From: an uncultured cyanobacterium
Lineage (GTDB): Bacteria > Cyanobacteriota > Cyanobacteriia > Pseudanabaenales > Pseudanabaenaceae
Direction of reading: 5' to 3'
Assembly: GCA_963703315.1 (NCBI GenBank)
Contig: OY969811.1
Location: forward strand, 3,968,001-4,032,000
Length of the DNA stretch: 64,000 nt
Part shown: piece after piece, positions 47,797-58,339 of the stretch
Position numbering within the stretch: the stretch's first letter is position 1
Layout: each line of letters starts with the position of its first letter
Notes under the pieces: generated by a model
What the model saw: only the letters and a program-made list of their open reading frames with translations
The model's database searches: none
Told to the model about the DNA's origin: nothing
Position numbers and translations under genes: made by a program

Positions 47797-48050
47797 ACGC
47801 CGATCTCAATTTTTCCTGTTTCAGCGCTAAATTTAACGGATAGCCCTTCTTGTAGTTCTCCTTCTTGCCATTCATAGGGTTCATAGTTGTCTAAACTTGA
47901 TAAGTCACTCTCTAGCCAGTCCGTATCATCTTGAGTTCGAGGGTTCTCAGTTTGCCATACCAGATAGTTCAAAAAGCTAAGAACTTCTCGCAGTTTATCA
48001 TCAGGAATAATTTCTAAGCGTTGCACTATCTCATTTTTGATTGCGTTCAT
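47793..48050 (-). CDS. Putative antitoxin (DUF2281-like)
   Basis: IVQRLEIIPDDKLREVLSFLNYL plus acidic tail. Confidence 0.7.
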   Translation of the reverse strand: MNAIKNEIVQRLEIIPDDKLREVLSFLNYLVWQTENPRTQDDTDWLESDLSSLDNYEPYEWQEGELQEGLSVKFSAETGKIEIGV

Positions 48051-48185
48051 ACTGCTTTTCTCGATTCACTCTCAAGTTAGCTTTAGTTTAGCAAAACTCA
48101 AAATCAGCTTAAATTATTTTTACACACACTTTAAGTTTTTTGCGTTATAAAAGATTTATAGAGTACATACATTTCTAACATCTGA

Positions 48186-49175
48186 ATGAGTTTACTGCGA
48201 CAAATCCAAGATGCTACAGTCGATCCTAAGTATCAGTTAGCAGATATTCTACGAATGTGTAAAATCCTTGCTGCGCGTTTGGAAAACAAAGTATTTGACG
48301 AGTGGATTAGACAGGAGTTGTATGGTTATGAAAATCGATTTCAACTCCCAAAATATAGAATTTTAAAGGAATTGAGCTGTAGTGGTAATTTTGTTAACTC
48401 TTCAGGAGATATTTGGAAAAACTTACCAATACCTCCAGTGAACTTATCAGAAAATATTAGAGAGTCAGTATCAATAAAATACGTTCTGCAAAATGTTAGT
48501 GGTTTAGCAAGTATTGTTGGTCTAGCAAAACAGGTAAATGAAAGTGTTCTTCGTTTTCCTTGGCAACCTGATATTGTTTTATTCTATACTTCAAATATTT
48601 ACGAGGAAATGGAGTGTAAACAGGCATGGATTGATGTTCCTACTAATGCATATGATGCCATTCTTGATACTATAAAAACTAGAATTTTAGATTTTGTAAT
48701 TGAGATTGAGGCTGAAAATTCAAATGCTGGAGATGCTCTACCACATGAAAAACTAATTCCCGATCAAATAGTCAATTATATTTACTATAAATGTATCCTA
48801 CACGAGAATCACATGACAGAAAACTACACGAACAACCTTCAAGGAGCCATTATCGCTAACATGGCTAACACAGTCAAAGATAACGCACGACAACAGGCTA
48901 ATCAATATATCCACTTATCCGAAGAAAAGAGAACTCTTGCTGAAGCTGCTAGCGAAATCCAACAACTTATCCAACAATTAGAACAAACGAATCCAACTGC
49001 CACCGAAGCTGAAATTATTGCTTATATTAATGATGAAACTAAGCCTAGTCTTAAACGTCGTGCAGGTAGTGCATTGCAGTCACTTGGAGAAACAGCAATT
49101 GACGAGTTTGTATTGGAGAATAAGTATCTTAAAGTTGTGAAAGCTGCTATCAAGGGTTGGGTAAAACCAAGCTAG
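48186..49175 (+). CDS. AbiTii-like domain protein with cyanobacterial C-terminal helical domain
   Basis: LADILRMCKILA.RL.....EW..QELYGY...LP.YR; TLAEAASEIQQLIQQLEQTNP. Confidence 0.72.
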   Translation: MSLLRQIQDATVDPKYQLADILRMCKILAARLENKVFDEWIRQELYGYENRFQLPKYRILKELSCSGNFVNSSGDIWKNLPIPPVNLSENIRESVSIKYVLQNVSGLASIVGLAKQVNESVLRFPWQPDIVLFYTSNIYEEMECKQAWIDVPTNAYDAILDTIKTRILDFVIEIEAENSNAGDALPHEKLIPDQIVNYIYYKCILHENHMTENYTNNLQGAIIANMANTVKDNARQQANQYIHLSEEKRTLAEAASEIQQLIQQLEQTNPTATEAEIIAYINDETKPSLKRRAGSALQSLGETAIDEFVLENKYLKVVKAAIKGWVKPS

Positions 49176-49188
49176 AGTTGAAAGAAGA

Positions 49189-50301
49189 TTATTCCTTATG
49201 AATAGTAATACCCTGTGAACTCAATTTCGCAAATGCCTCATTATAGCTACGAGCAGTAATATTAAACTGCTTCCGAATAGCTGGAAGCCCGATCGCTTTA
49301 AGTTCTGATTCTGTAAATTGAACAGTTTGATCATCACTTGATTCATCAGCTTCATCATCAACTAACTCATTATCTGTTTCAATATCTGGATTGCTAGAAA
49401 ATGAATCTAAACCGAGTTTCTGATCAAATTCTGCAAACTCACTTTCATCAATAACAATAGCAACCTCTTCCCCGATTTGATTGAGGCGCAGATCAAAACT
49501 GGCTAAAGCTTTTGCCTCTTCTATCACTTTCTTCTCTTCAGGAGAAAAATAAATTTGATCGCCATGCTTGCGAATATTCTCTTCAGCGATCGCATAACGC
49601 TGATTAAACTCGGCTAAATCTTGAGCTTTCTGATGTCTGGAGTTATACAGGGACACCATCTGATTGTAACTACCAAAAGGCATTACCCCCTTCACTGCAC
49701 GTTTACGAGTTGGAAAAGCTACCGTAAATTTCACTCGATCTGCAACCTTGCGGTTACGTTGACGTGATTTTAATTTGCCTCGTTTAGTTGTGTAAAACTC
49801 TGCATAGGATTCAGTGCGATAGAGAATTTTATCTGTTCTCAATCCAATATTTATACTGTCTGGTCTATCAGTTACTTTGACGGTATAGGAATTAAAAGAA
49901 ATCGAATCGCCAATTGAGTTTGCAGTGTCAAAATTGAATGGATGAAAACTATGAGCAGCGTTAGTTAGCCTAATCCGTTCATTTGTAACATTTGCCTTTG
50001 CCTTACGGATACTTTCAGCAATATCAAATTTTTTTCTCTCCTCTTGTGCTTCACTCGAATCATCTGTTTTGCGCTGTGATATGTAAATAGATGTACCTAC
50101 ACCCCCAAAGGCTAAGCCTCCACCAAGGATTTTGAGCATACTTTGAGAAGTAGCGAACAAAGTAAATAGACCAATCCCAATCGCAACAATTGAACCAATT
50201 AAATAATTTGTCTTTGTATTTGAAGGAACTGTTTTTGCCAGTTCATCATTATATTCAGGTATGCGCTTGAAAGAAAGTTCAATTGTATTAATATCAACCA
50301 T
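49189..50301 (-). CDS. Hypothetical two-TM protein
   Basis: 370 aa ORF, two hydrophobic helices, acidic C-terminal region. Confidence 0.65.
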   Translation of the reverse strand: MVDINTIELSFKRIPEYNDELAKTVPSNTKTNYLIGSIVAIGIGLFTLFATSQSMLKILGGGLAFGGVGTSIYISQRKTDDSSEAQEERKKFDIAESIRKAKANVTNERIRLTNAAHSFHPFNFDTANSIGDSISFNSYTVKVTDRPDSINIGLRTDKILYRTESYAEFYTTKRGKLKSRQRNRKVADRVKFTVAFPTRKRAVKGVMPFGSYNQMVSLYNSRHQKAQDLAEFNQRYAIAEENIRKHGDQIYFSPEEKKVIEEAKALASFDLRLNQIGEEVAIVIDESEFAEFDQKLGLDSFSSNPDIETDNELVDDEADESSDDQTVQFTESELKAIGLPAIRKQFNITARSYNEAFAKLSSQGITIHKE

Positions 50302-50611
50302 ATTTATTTGTTTATACCGCTACATCTGAATTTTATCAGAATTAGTCGTTTCCCATAGTTTGATCTAAAACACAGCAAAAGACAAAATAAATAGCGATGA
50401 TTGCAACCCACTACCGCTCATCCCTAATCTCCAAAAAACTTTGCAAATACCAGAAGCATTGTACCAACGCCTAGCGATCGCATATTGCATCACTTCACCC
50501 CAATCGCCTCAAATTTAGGCAAAAATGCAAGCACAATATCATTCTCAGGAATCCCCCTTTGAACCAAATCTTGAGTAATACCCCCCTCAATTCCATCATA
50601 TTCAATCAAAA

Positions 50612-52327
50612 CCCACATTCCGCTCGTAATGGAAGAAAAAAAACAATTACGAAACAGGAGCAGGGAGCAAATAGTAGCGTTGGCAGGAGGGAGAAAAGAA
50701 ATTCAAAATGTGAATCCGAAGAGGAGACAAATTAACAACTTGAGTGAGTCCCTGAAAAGAAACTAAATGAACCGCCATAAAACATTGAAAAATCCAACGC
50801 AAAGTTGGCGAATTAGTGGGTTTACCCAATTGATTAGGAATAGTATCTTGAGCGATGGCTAAGGCAAGTCTGAGTTGACGTTGGGCTAAATTATAAACGA
50901 GCAAGCACAGTGCCATAATCATGCCCAAAGCCTCAATGCGTTTAGCAGACTTGAGAAAAACACTCGAAGTAAAAAACAAAGGATCTTTGAGGAAACGAAA
51001 ACCACGCTCAGTGCTCTGCTGAGCCTTGTATTCCCGTAAAGCATCATCAGCCGTGAATTGTAAGGAATCAAGAATATTCGTGGCTAAAATAAACCTGCCA
51101 CAACGCTGTTGCTGAGCCAAGATTTCTGAGTCTATAGGAATCACCGTTGCAGTAATCCGATAACTAATGCTGGTGGGTATAGCATCAGGTTGTGGCTTAC
51201 CCCGTTTCGCATAATGTGGTTTTTCTACTGCCTGAATATGGTCGAGTTGATGCCATTTCATCTTGGTTGATAATTTTTCAGCAGCAGCGATCGCGTCAGC
51301 AGCACAGGCAAAATCTTGTCCCGCCAAAGTGTGTAAATCTTGATGACATTTTTGCTGGACTTGCTCAAGCTTTTTGTCTAACTTTTTGATGTCTGATTTA
51401 CGTCTTGCTTGGCTATCAACTAAAATCCATCTCTGTCTTACACCACCATACTCACTCACAGTTTCGGCTGTCCTGTATCCCTTAAATTTACTTTCTTGTA
51501 GGTCAGTTGTGCTTGACACTAAGTCACTTGCAGTTTTGATGCTTAATGGCACTCGGGTTAGCCATTTTAGTCCTGTCATTGCTACCAGATTTTCTTCACT
51601 GTATAGCGCTGCATCGCCTACGCATATTCCCTCAAATGTCCACTGGGTTTTGAATTCTTGTAATAGTCCTGCAAATCTTGCTTTGTCGGCTTGATTTCCA
51701 CTTACCACTTCCATCATTACGGGAATGTCTCCATCTCCTACACAGATCAGGTTCATCATAAATTGCTTCAGGTCGGGGCGATGGTCGCGTGAATATCCGT
51801 GTGTGATTTCGATACTCCCTTCTTCCTCTCTGCCATATTCCCCATCTACGTGAAATGAGGTTGAGTCTATATGTCCTGTTTCTACCTTGACATCGTATTT
51901 CGCTACTGCTTTCAGGCTGATTCCTAAAAATGTCTCACTCAGTCCTGCTTCATGTAAGTCATCCAGTACTTTACCGATGCGGTCATCATTGATTTGTTCG
52001 GCTGTTATCCCTTCCCCCAATAAGTGCTCGGTTGGTTTTCCTTCAAAGAATTTACCAAACATATACAGGGGTGCTGATACAAATCCTAATCCATTCAGGA
52101 GCATGGCTTTGACAATTACTCCTGCGCTTACTTTTTCCCTTGAGCTTCTCCCGATTATCGTGTTGATTTCTTCTACGATTCCCATCTCATCTATGATTCC
52201 TGCCACGATTCCTAGATGGTCTAGGTTCGTTACTTTCATCTCTGTATTAATACCTGCCTCCTCTTTTTGCTCTTGTGCCTTACCTTTAGTTAATTATTTT
52301 ACCCTTCCATTACGAGCGGAATGTGGG
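50612..52327 (-). mobile_element. IS1634-family insertion sequence
   Basis: 24-bp TIR CCCACATTCCGCTCGTAATGGAAG at both ends; 6-bp TSD TCAAAA. Confidence 0.95.
50647..52239 (-). CDS. IS1634 DDE transposase
   Basis: LDHLGIVAG, HIDSTS, GYSRDHRPDLKQ, DAALY, ERGFRFLKDP. Confidence 0.95.
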   Translation of the reverse strand: MKVTNLDHLGIVAGIIDEMGIVEEINTIIGRSSREKVSAGVIVKAMLLNGLGFVSAPLYMFGKFFEGKPTEHLLGEGITAEQINDDRIGKVLDDLHEAGLSETFLGISLKAVAKYDVKVETGHIDSTSFHVDGEYGREEEGSIEITHGYSRDHRPDLKQFMMNLICVGDGDIPVMMEVVSGNQADKARFAGLLQEFKTQWTFEGICVGDAALYSEENLVAMTGLKWLTRVPLSIKTASDLVSSTTDLQESKFKGYRTAETVSEYGGVRQRWILVDSQARRKSDIKKLDKKLEQVQQKCHQDLHTLAGQDFACAADAIAAAEKLSTKMKWHQLDHIQAVEKPHYAKRGKPQPDAIPTSISYRITATVIPIDSEILAQQQRCGRFILATNILDSLQFTADDALREYKAQQSTERGFRFLKDPLFFTSSVFLKSAKRIEALGMIMALCLLVYNLAQRQLRLALAIAQDTIPNQLGKPTNSPTLRWIFQCFMAVHLVSFQGLTQVVNLSPLRIHILNFFSPSCQRYYLLPAPVS

Positions 52328-52547
52328 TCAAAACCTTCCCATCCTTAATACTCACATAAATCAAATTACCCCGCACCCGTCTCTCACGATCCCAACCAAA
52401 CTGCATCAGCGCATAGCGACTATTCACATCATCAAATATCGGCTCCAAATGGATATTGCCATGAGAAGGACGGAACTTAGCATACTCACTAATTACCTGC
52501 TTGATTACTGCTTGATAGGATTTGATGGTATCCATTGAGTTATCTCC

Positions 52548-52709
52548 TTAGTGCTTAGATTTACGAACACCGATAAAGCCACTTGCCGCAAGATCCACAA
52601 ACAAAAAGCGATCGCCATAGGAAATAACATAGGGATCGTCAGTAACTTCCCATCCATCTTTAATAACTGCTTCTTTTACAGTCTCATGAATGGAGTCTCT
52701 AGCTGGCAA
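52548..52709 (-). pseudogene. xisH: Truncated xisH
   Basis: (M)PARDSIHETVKEAVIKDGWEVTDDPY...FVDLAA stops at 53 aa; GAGGAG RBS; directly upstream of xisI. Confidence 0.75.
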
Positions 52710-52799
52710 ATTATTTACTCCTCGTTTGTTAATTTCTTGCCTATTATGATAATTGTTTTGTTGCCATCGTAAGCGATCACCTTCAAGATATTCACAACA

Positions 52800-53420
52800 T
52801 CAAACTTCTATTTCTGCAATCTTGCGTAAAACTTGCCATGCTACCTCTAACTCACCCCGATTAACCAGAGGAGCTAAAACCTGAGACATCCCATATTGCT
52901 TATCCTCTAACTTCAAAAACACAATGTCATCACCATTCGTCAACATCGCAAAAGTCGGACGTTCGCCATTCGGACTAGCCATCAAATAAGCCAAAGTTTG
53001 CGGCAAAGCCGACCAAACCGAAAGCATCGTTTTCTTTGACTCCAAAACAATAATCCACAGGCGATCGCGCAATACCAACACATCGATTCGCCCCTGTAGA
53101 GTTTCTTCACTATCAGATACATTGATCAGCACAGATTCTTCCGCTTTGATAAGAAAAGGTGGATCGTATAAACCAGCGATCGTCAGTAATGGAGAAACTA
53201 GCAATAACATCACTGTACTTTCTAGCAAATGTCCACTAGAACGATGATAAATATAACGCCGCCATAGAATCTCTAGATTGGCGTGATCGCTGGCATTGAT
53301 CTCAGGAAGTTTGTCATACCATTCTGTAAAAAACTCTGTCGATTCACTACGACTCAAGCCAAACTTTTGCTCTGCGTCAGCGATCGTTGTGACAGTCTCA
53401 GTAACGGCTAGCGTTTGCAT
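52800..53420 (-). CDS. Stand-alone HsdR N-terminal-like PD-(D/E)XK nuclease domain protein
   Basis: GRIDVLV, VLESK, PQTLAY, LTNGD. Confidence 0.78.
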   Translation of the reverse strand: MQTLAVTETVTTIADAEQKFGLSRSESTEFFTEWYDKLPEINASDHANLEILWRRYIYHRSSGHLLESTVMLLLVSPLLTIAGLYDPPFLIKAEESVLINVSDSEETLQGRIDVLVLRDRLWIIVLESKKTMLSVWSALPQTLAYLMASPNGERPTFAMLTNGDDIVFLKLEDKQYGMSQVLAPLVNRGELEVAWQVLRKIAEIEV

Positions 53421-53560
53421 AGTGAATACTTTGAATGAGTAGTTAGATTTACAATAACAAGCTTTAAAGAAATTTCAGCGATCTAATGATCTGTAGTTTA
53501 GCAATTGACTTATCAAAATCTATGCAGTCACCAGTCTAGCAATTACGCATTGCTTAGAGG

Positions 53561-54955
53561 TTATTCATCATCATCAGAATATTGCGCTGGTGCTTTACCT
53601 TTTTGATCGATTACTTTTGGCTTTTTGAGTTTAGGATCAGGATCATCAATACTTTCCAAGACCACATTAAACTCCCACCAGTCACCAAAATCAAATATAT
53701 AGGTAATGCGATCGCCCTTACTAATTTGCCAATCTCTAATCACGATCTCATCGGTAAAGCCATCTCCTTCACCATGCTGAGTATAGGGATGATAAATACT
53801 CTTAACAAAGCCCTGCCGATCTTTGTAGGTGAATTGATGGAGATGATCGTTATCAAAATCAAAGGCTTTGAGAATTGCCGAACTAAAATCGTAGAGCGTC
53901 AGATGAGAAGGAATCGCAATCTTTCGCCAGACAGTCTCTGTAGAAAATTTATCCTTAGATTTCTGAATATAGGTTTGTAGGGATACTTTAAAAATGAAGA
54001 TCCCATCTTGGGCTTCAGGCTCAGGTAGCTGTAAATTGTTCTCCCATTCGGGAAATAAATCCAGCGCTTGAAATTCCTCTTGTAAGATCTGGGTGGGAGT
54101 TGACTTCTGCACGACTACATTGAGTTTAGTTTCTAGAGACTGTGGTTCAGATGGTGGTTCTATCAACAAATCTAAAAGATCATCCCCTGAGTCAGTCAAC
54201 ATTCCCTTTTTCCAATTTGTTTTCTCCAATAGCTCCATTATGGCTTTCCCAAAGGGGGATACTTTTGCCTTGGTTAACCGCCAGCCTTTGCCTGCTAGGG
54301 GTTTCGTATCTTCTAATTCCACAAATCCAAATAAATGTAACAAAGCCGCATTGTGTAACTTCAAACGATTTAGCCAATCGTTACTTTTAGAACTATTAGT
54401 AGAATTATTAGTAAAGTTTAAGTTCTCTTTAGCTATAGTATCCCAAGAAGTAAATACAAAAAACCATTCAGGCAGAACACGGCGATCATTGTTCATAATG
54501 TCTTCACTGGCATAATAAATCCATGTCGCCAGCAGATTAAAATACTTCTCGATCGCATTTAGTCTTTGCCATGATGTTAAAACTTGAGGATCAACGCGTA
54601 ATAGATTCTTCTTTTTGTCTGCTTGCACCACCGAGAGTCCTGAGCCACGTAATAGCAAATAGAGTCCATGAATATAGGGATAGGACTTTTGGCTAGGACG
54701 CTGAAAATCAATGGTGATCGGGTGACTGAGGCGACTGTTGAGATCAGCAAGATGTTTAGAGGCGATCGCGTGTTGATTAGCACTGACCTCGACTTTGTGA
54801 AGTTGTAAGAACTCGATAAAAGTCTCAAAATCTTGCACAATTGCATTCGGTTGATTCGTATTAAAAATCTGTTGACTTAATAATTGCCTAGATGAATTTG
54901 ATAAAGGTTTTTTCTTTGGATTATTAATGGGAAATAAATGCAGTAAATTTGGCAT
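53561..54955 (-). CDS. pRiA4b ORF-3 family protein
   Basis: VWRKIAIP, AFDFDNDHLHQF, YIFDFGDWWEF, APAQY. Confidence 0.85.
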   Translation of the reverse strand: MPNLLHLFPINNPKKKPLSNSSRQLLSQQIFNTNQPNAIVQDFETFIEFLQLHKVEVSANQHAIASKHLADLNSRLSHPITIDFQRPSQKSYPYIHGLYLLLRGSGLSVVQADKKKNLLRVDPQVLTSWQRLNAIEKYFNLLATWIYYASEDIMNNDRRVLPEWFFVFTSWDTIAKENLNFTNNSTNSSKSNDWLNRLKLHNAALLHLFGFVELEDTKPLAGKGWRLTKAKVSPFGKAIMELLEKTNWKKGMLTDSGDDLLDLLIEPPSEPQSLETKLNVVVQKSTPTQILQEEFQALDLFPEWENNLQLPEPEAQDGIFIFKVSLQTYIQKSKDKFSTETVWRKIAIPSHLTLYDFSSAILKAFDFDNDHLHQFTYKDRQGFVKSIYHPYTQHGEGDGFTDEIVIRDWQISKGDRITYIFDFGDWWEFNVVLESIDDPDPKLKKPKVIDQKGKAPAQYSDDDE

Positions 54956-54990
54956 AATGTTTGTAACGATGGTTAATGATAGAAAGTTAA

Positions 54991-56229
54991 CTAAACAAAA
55001 TCAGAAGAATCAATAAATGTCTCCCCCTTGGGGATTCTGTCAGAAGCAAGTAGATAGGTCATAATTCTTGCACCAATTTTTTCACTGCCTGATGTTTTGG
55101 ATATGAAAGATGTTGCGCCGACTAGCTTTGCGCGAATTCGATCAATGAGCGTGTCATTACTAGTTAAAATCAAAATTGGTGTATCTTTAAACTCTGGAAT
55201 TCGACGAATTTGAGTACAGAGTTCGTATCCACCAACGACTGGCATGATTAAATCCAAAATAATTATTTCTGGCTTATGCTCTACTAGTAATGGCAATACA
55301 TTAATAGAATCTCGAATCCCTAAAAAGCCAAATTCAAGATCCGTAACAATCTGTTCGATCATGGCACATACTTGATTGCTATCATCTATGCAAGCAATCA
55401 AGGGTCTTGCTAACGGTTCTAGCTTTTTCTGGCGCTGATTGCTATCTGGTAGAGCAGGTTCAGATTTTGTGGATTCATTGGCAAAAGACGATGAAACAGG
55501 CACTGGAATATCAGCAACCTCGGCTAGACCGACCATTCCACGATGATAATATGCCATCAATGACTGAAAAAGCGTGAGTAAATCCTTCTTCATCCATACC
55601 GATAGCTCCCGTAGCGATCGCCTTCCATCCAAAATCGTAATTAACGTTTTATAGGTAAGTTCCGAAGCTTCTTCTTTGAGTTGTACAGGACGCTTAATCC
55701 AAGGAGCAAGATTTGGCGAAAAGTCAGCGATGCCTGCTTTGCGCCATACTAACCATTCTTGGTAGGCGCGATCGATCGCTGTTTCCGCATGAATTAGCGC
55801 AATCGCAGGCGTGATCTCGTCTTCAAAATCGCAATAATAGGTGATACGTTCATTCGCCGCCGTTTGGATAATGTCGAATAATACTTCCTGCACAAAACTC
55901 TCGATGATTGGGAAGATTTGCTCACGGGTTAAGGTCATGCGCTTCATCAAAATTACGAGTACCTGATAGTCCCATAGCCGCAGCTCTTCTTCAGTACGCA
56001 GAGAAATTTTGTTGAAGTCTATTTGGAGTTTGTGCTGTCCCATCAATCTGCGCCAACGACGATGGTTATGTACTCCCCCCGAAGCCCATACCAATCTACC
56101 GTGACAATAATAAATATTCCATTTGTAATCCTTGACACTATAAAGTTCCAGCTTGCCAGTAAACTGCTTGCGACCATAGCCGCATAACTGTTCTACAAGG
56201 CTATAAACAGCTAGGTTATCTGTATCCAT
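54991..56229 (-). CDS. PatA-type response regulator (PATAN/DUF4388 + REC)
   Basis: FTGKLE, GRLVWA; IACIDDS, LDLIMP. Confidence 0.87.
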   Translation of the reverse strand: MDTDNLAVYSLVEQLCGYGRKQFTGKLELYSVKDYKWNIYYCHGRLVWASGGVHNHRRWRRLMGQHKLQIDFNKISLRTEEELRLWDYQVLVILMKRMTLTREQIFPIIESFVQEVLFDIIQTAANERITYYCDFEDEITPAIALIHAETAIDRAYQEWLVWRKAGIADFSPNLAPWIKRPVQLKEEASELTYKTLITILDGRRSLRELSVWMKKDLLTLFQSLMAYYHRGMVGLAEVADIPVPVSSSFANESTKSEPALPDSNQRQKKLEPLARPLIACIDDSNQVCAMIEQIVTDLEFGFLGIRDSINVLPLLVEHKPEIIILDLIMPVVGGYELCTQIRRIPEFKDTPILILTSNDTLIDRIRAKLVGATSFISKTSGSEKIGARIMTYLLASDRIPKGETFIDSSDFV

Positions 56230-56332
56230 GTGTCATCCATGCGTCATCTAGATTTTGACGAAAGCATATTTAATATATAGCAATCCTAAATGGTTTGTGA
56301 AAGAATGCGCCTTTTGGGTACTTTCTTTTACT

Positions 56333-56415
56333 AAAAACCAGAATCAAAACCTGTGGCGCACGCTAAGCGTACGCCACAGGTTTTAGGGTTTTATATTTAA
56401 TTGTGCCTAGATACT
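56333..56415. repeat. Family-B-like palindromic element (partial)
   Basis: AAAACCTGTGGCG.ACGC-TAA-GCGT.CGCCACAGGTTTT with the 3' tail shared with 35765-35861. Confidence 0.7.
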
Positions 56416-56526
56416 TAATTTCTTGATTATCGGTAGGTATTCACAACCGATTCTGTAGTATCTTGATGGAGACTTGGCGATCTCCATATTTTAATTTTTT
56501 GTAATTTTTAGGTTTGTTCCATACCC

Positions 56527-58245
56527 ATGTCGAAGTCATCTAGAACCAATAAATCTGCATCAAAAAAGCAATCGATGCTACTGATGTACATAGGCATCGG
56601 GGCTGCTGTCATCGCCACAGGAGCAGGGGGAGCTTATTTCTATTTTGCTCAGCGATCGCAGGCAATTAAAGGGATTTTGGGCGCGGCAGCAGCGATACCG
56701 CAAGAGGCGCAAGTAGTGATGGCATTTAATACCAAGACTGAGCCTTGGAATAAACTGGCGCAATTTGGGACACCTGCCTCGCAAAAGCTGATCGCCGACG
56801 GAATTACCAAGTCACCACTAAATTCTTTACTAGTCCAAAGCAAAACTGAATATAGTCGGGATGTGCAGCCTTGGCTAGAGGGTTACATCATTACAGCGCT
56901 GGTGCAGAATAAATCGCAACCGCAAGCACCTGCGGCAACTTTAGTAATTGCGCCAACCCGCGATCGCGCTAAATCTGATGCTTTTTTGACCAAATATCGT
57001 GAGGCTTTGACACAGCAAGGGGCAAGGTTTACCGCCAAGCAGTACAAAGATGTCACCTATTACGAATCTCCATCTCGCGATCCCAATAACAGTGTGGTCA
57101 CTGCGGATATCGGGGGGCAGTATGTGGCGATCTCTACGAGTTCGACCTTAATCCAACAGGCGATCGATACCTACAAAGGTAGTAATCCTTCCCTTGCCAA
57201 AAAACCGATTTTTGCCAAGATTTATGGCTCTACGACCGACACTAAAATTGCGGAGCCTTTGCTACAGGTTTATCTAGATGGTGATGTTGCTCTAGAATTT
57301 ATTGGCTCTCAAGCAAATCTCAATCTCAACGAAGCGGCGATCGCCCAGTCCAAGCGTGAATTGGATGCGATGACTCTGACGGGTGGTACGCAAAAGGAAG
57401 GCTTACGCTTTGAGATTAATACCTATCTCAAGAGTGACAATACTAATCCTCTAGCGAATAATGAAGCGAAGGTCTTAAGTCTGCTGCCCCAAGAAACTTT
57501 CTTACTAGTTTCGGGTGTCAATCTCTACCAGTCTTGGCAATCTCTAGTGGCTCAGGCAAAGGGAAATGCTAGTTCCGCTCAACTGATTGAGCAAATTCGC
57601 AAGGCGGTAAAAGATAGTACTAAGCTGGATCTCGATCAAGATATTCTCAAATGGATGAATGGAGAATTTGCGATCGCTGCCATTCCCAATAATCAAGGCA
57701 TTTTGGCAAATCCCGGATTTGGATTTGTGGCGATCGCCCAAGCCAATGATCAAAATGCTGCCAAAACTGCCCTCGACAAAATCGATAAAGTGGCTCAAGC
57801 ACCATCGGGTGGACTACTGCCCAAGGGAGTTGAGCTAAAGCCCAAACAAATAGGTGGTAAATCAATAACTGCTTGGGCGATCGGTAATACGAATGTGGCT
57901 ACACGCGGTAACTTAGACAATAATTTCGTATTTTGGTCAATGGGTGATCTAGCTGACACCTTTGTGCCGAAACCTGCGCGGACATTGCCTGAGAGCAGTC
58001 CTTTCCAAATTTTGACAACGGGGATTCCTAAGTCCAATGGTGGTTATTTTTATCTGAATATGACAACGGCTCTCACCCTTGCCGATCGCCTGTTACCCCC
58101 AGAAGTTAAGTCAAATCCCAACTTTACCGAAATCCGTGCAGTTCTTGATGCTATTAATGGCATTGCCGTAACCTCTACCAATGTCGATACCAAAACTACC
58201 CGCCTAGACTTCTTATTTACCCTCAAGCCTACCCCCGGTAACTAG
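56527..58245 (+). CDS. DUF3352 domain protein
   Basis: N-terminal TM, RDVQPWL, DLDQDILKWMNGEFA, NGGYFYLN. Confidence 0.8.
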   Translation: MSKSSRTNKSASKKQSMLLMYIGIGAAVIATGAGGAYFYFAQRSQAIKGILGAAAAIPQEAQVVMAFNTKTEPWNKLAQFGTPASQKLIADGITKSPLNSLLVQSKTEYSRDVQPWLEGYIITALVQNKSQPQAPAATLVIAPTRDRAKSDAFLTKYREALTQQGARFTAKQYKDVTYYESPSRDPNNSVVTADIGGQYVAISTSSTLIQQAIDTYKGSNPSLAKKPIFAKIYGSTTDTKIAEPLLQVYLDGDVALEFIGSQANLNLNEAAIAQSKRELDAMTLTGGTQKEGLRFEINTYLKSDNTNPLANNEAKVLSLLPQETFLLVSGVNLYQSWQSLVAQAKGNASSAQLIEQIRKAVKDSTKLDLDQDILKWMNGEFAIAAIPNNQGILANPGFGFVAIAQANDQNAAKTALDKIDKVAQAPSGGLLPKGVELKPKQIGGKSITAWAIGNTNVATRGNLDNNFVFWSMGDLADTFVPKPARTLPESSPFQILTTGIPKSNGGYFYLNMTTALTLADRLLPPEVKSNPNFTEIRAVLDAINGIAVTSTNVDTKTTRLDFLFTLKPTPGN

Positions 58246-58339
58246 CTACAATTCCCCTCAATCCCCCTTAAAAAGGGGTAAGGTTATCACCCCTGCGACT
58301 TGACTAGATTGCATAGCGGCAATTGCTATATTAGCTATA

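Larger units (their letters stand above)
50490..52535 (-). pseudogene. xisI: xisI interrupted by IS1634
   Basis: MDTIKSYQ...GWDRERRVRG...KDGKVL | IEYDGIEGGITQDLVQRGIPENDIVLAF. Confidence 0.88.

Noticed and set aside
52299..52535. Intact 78-aa gene
   Set aside because: It is the 5' half of xisI reading into the IS terminal repeat
52551..52772. 73-aa plus-strand ORF
   Set aside because: Antisense to the truncated xisH
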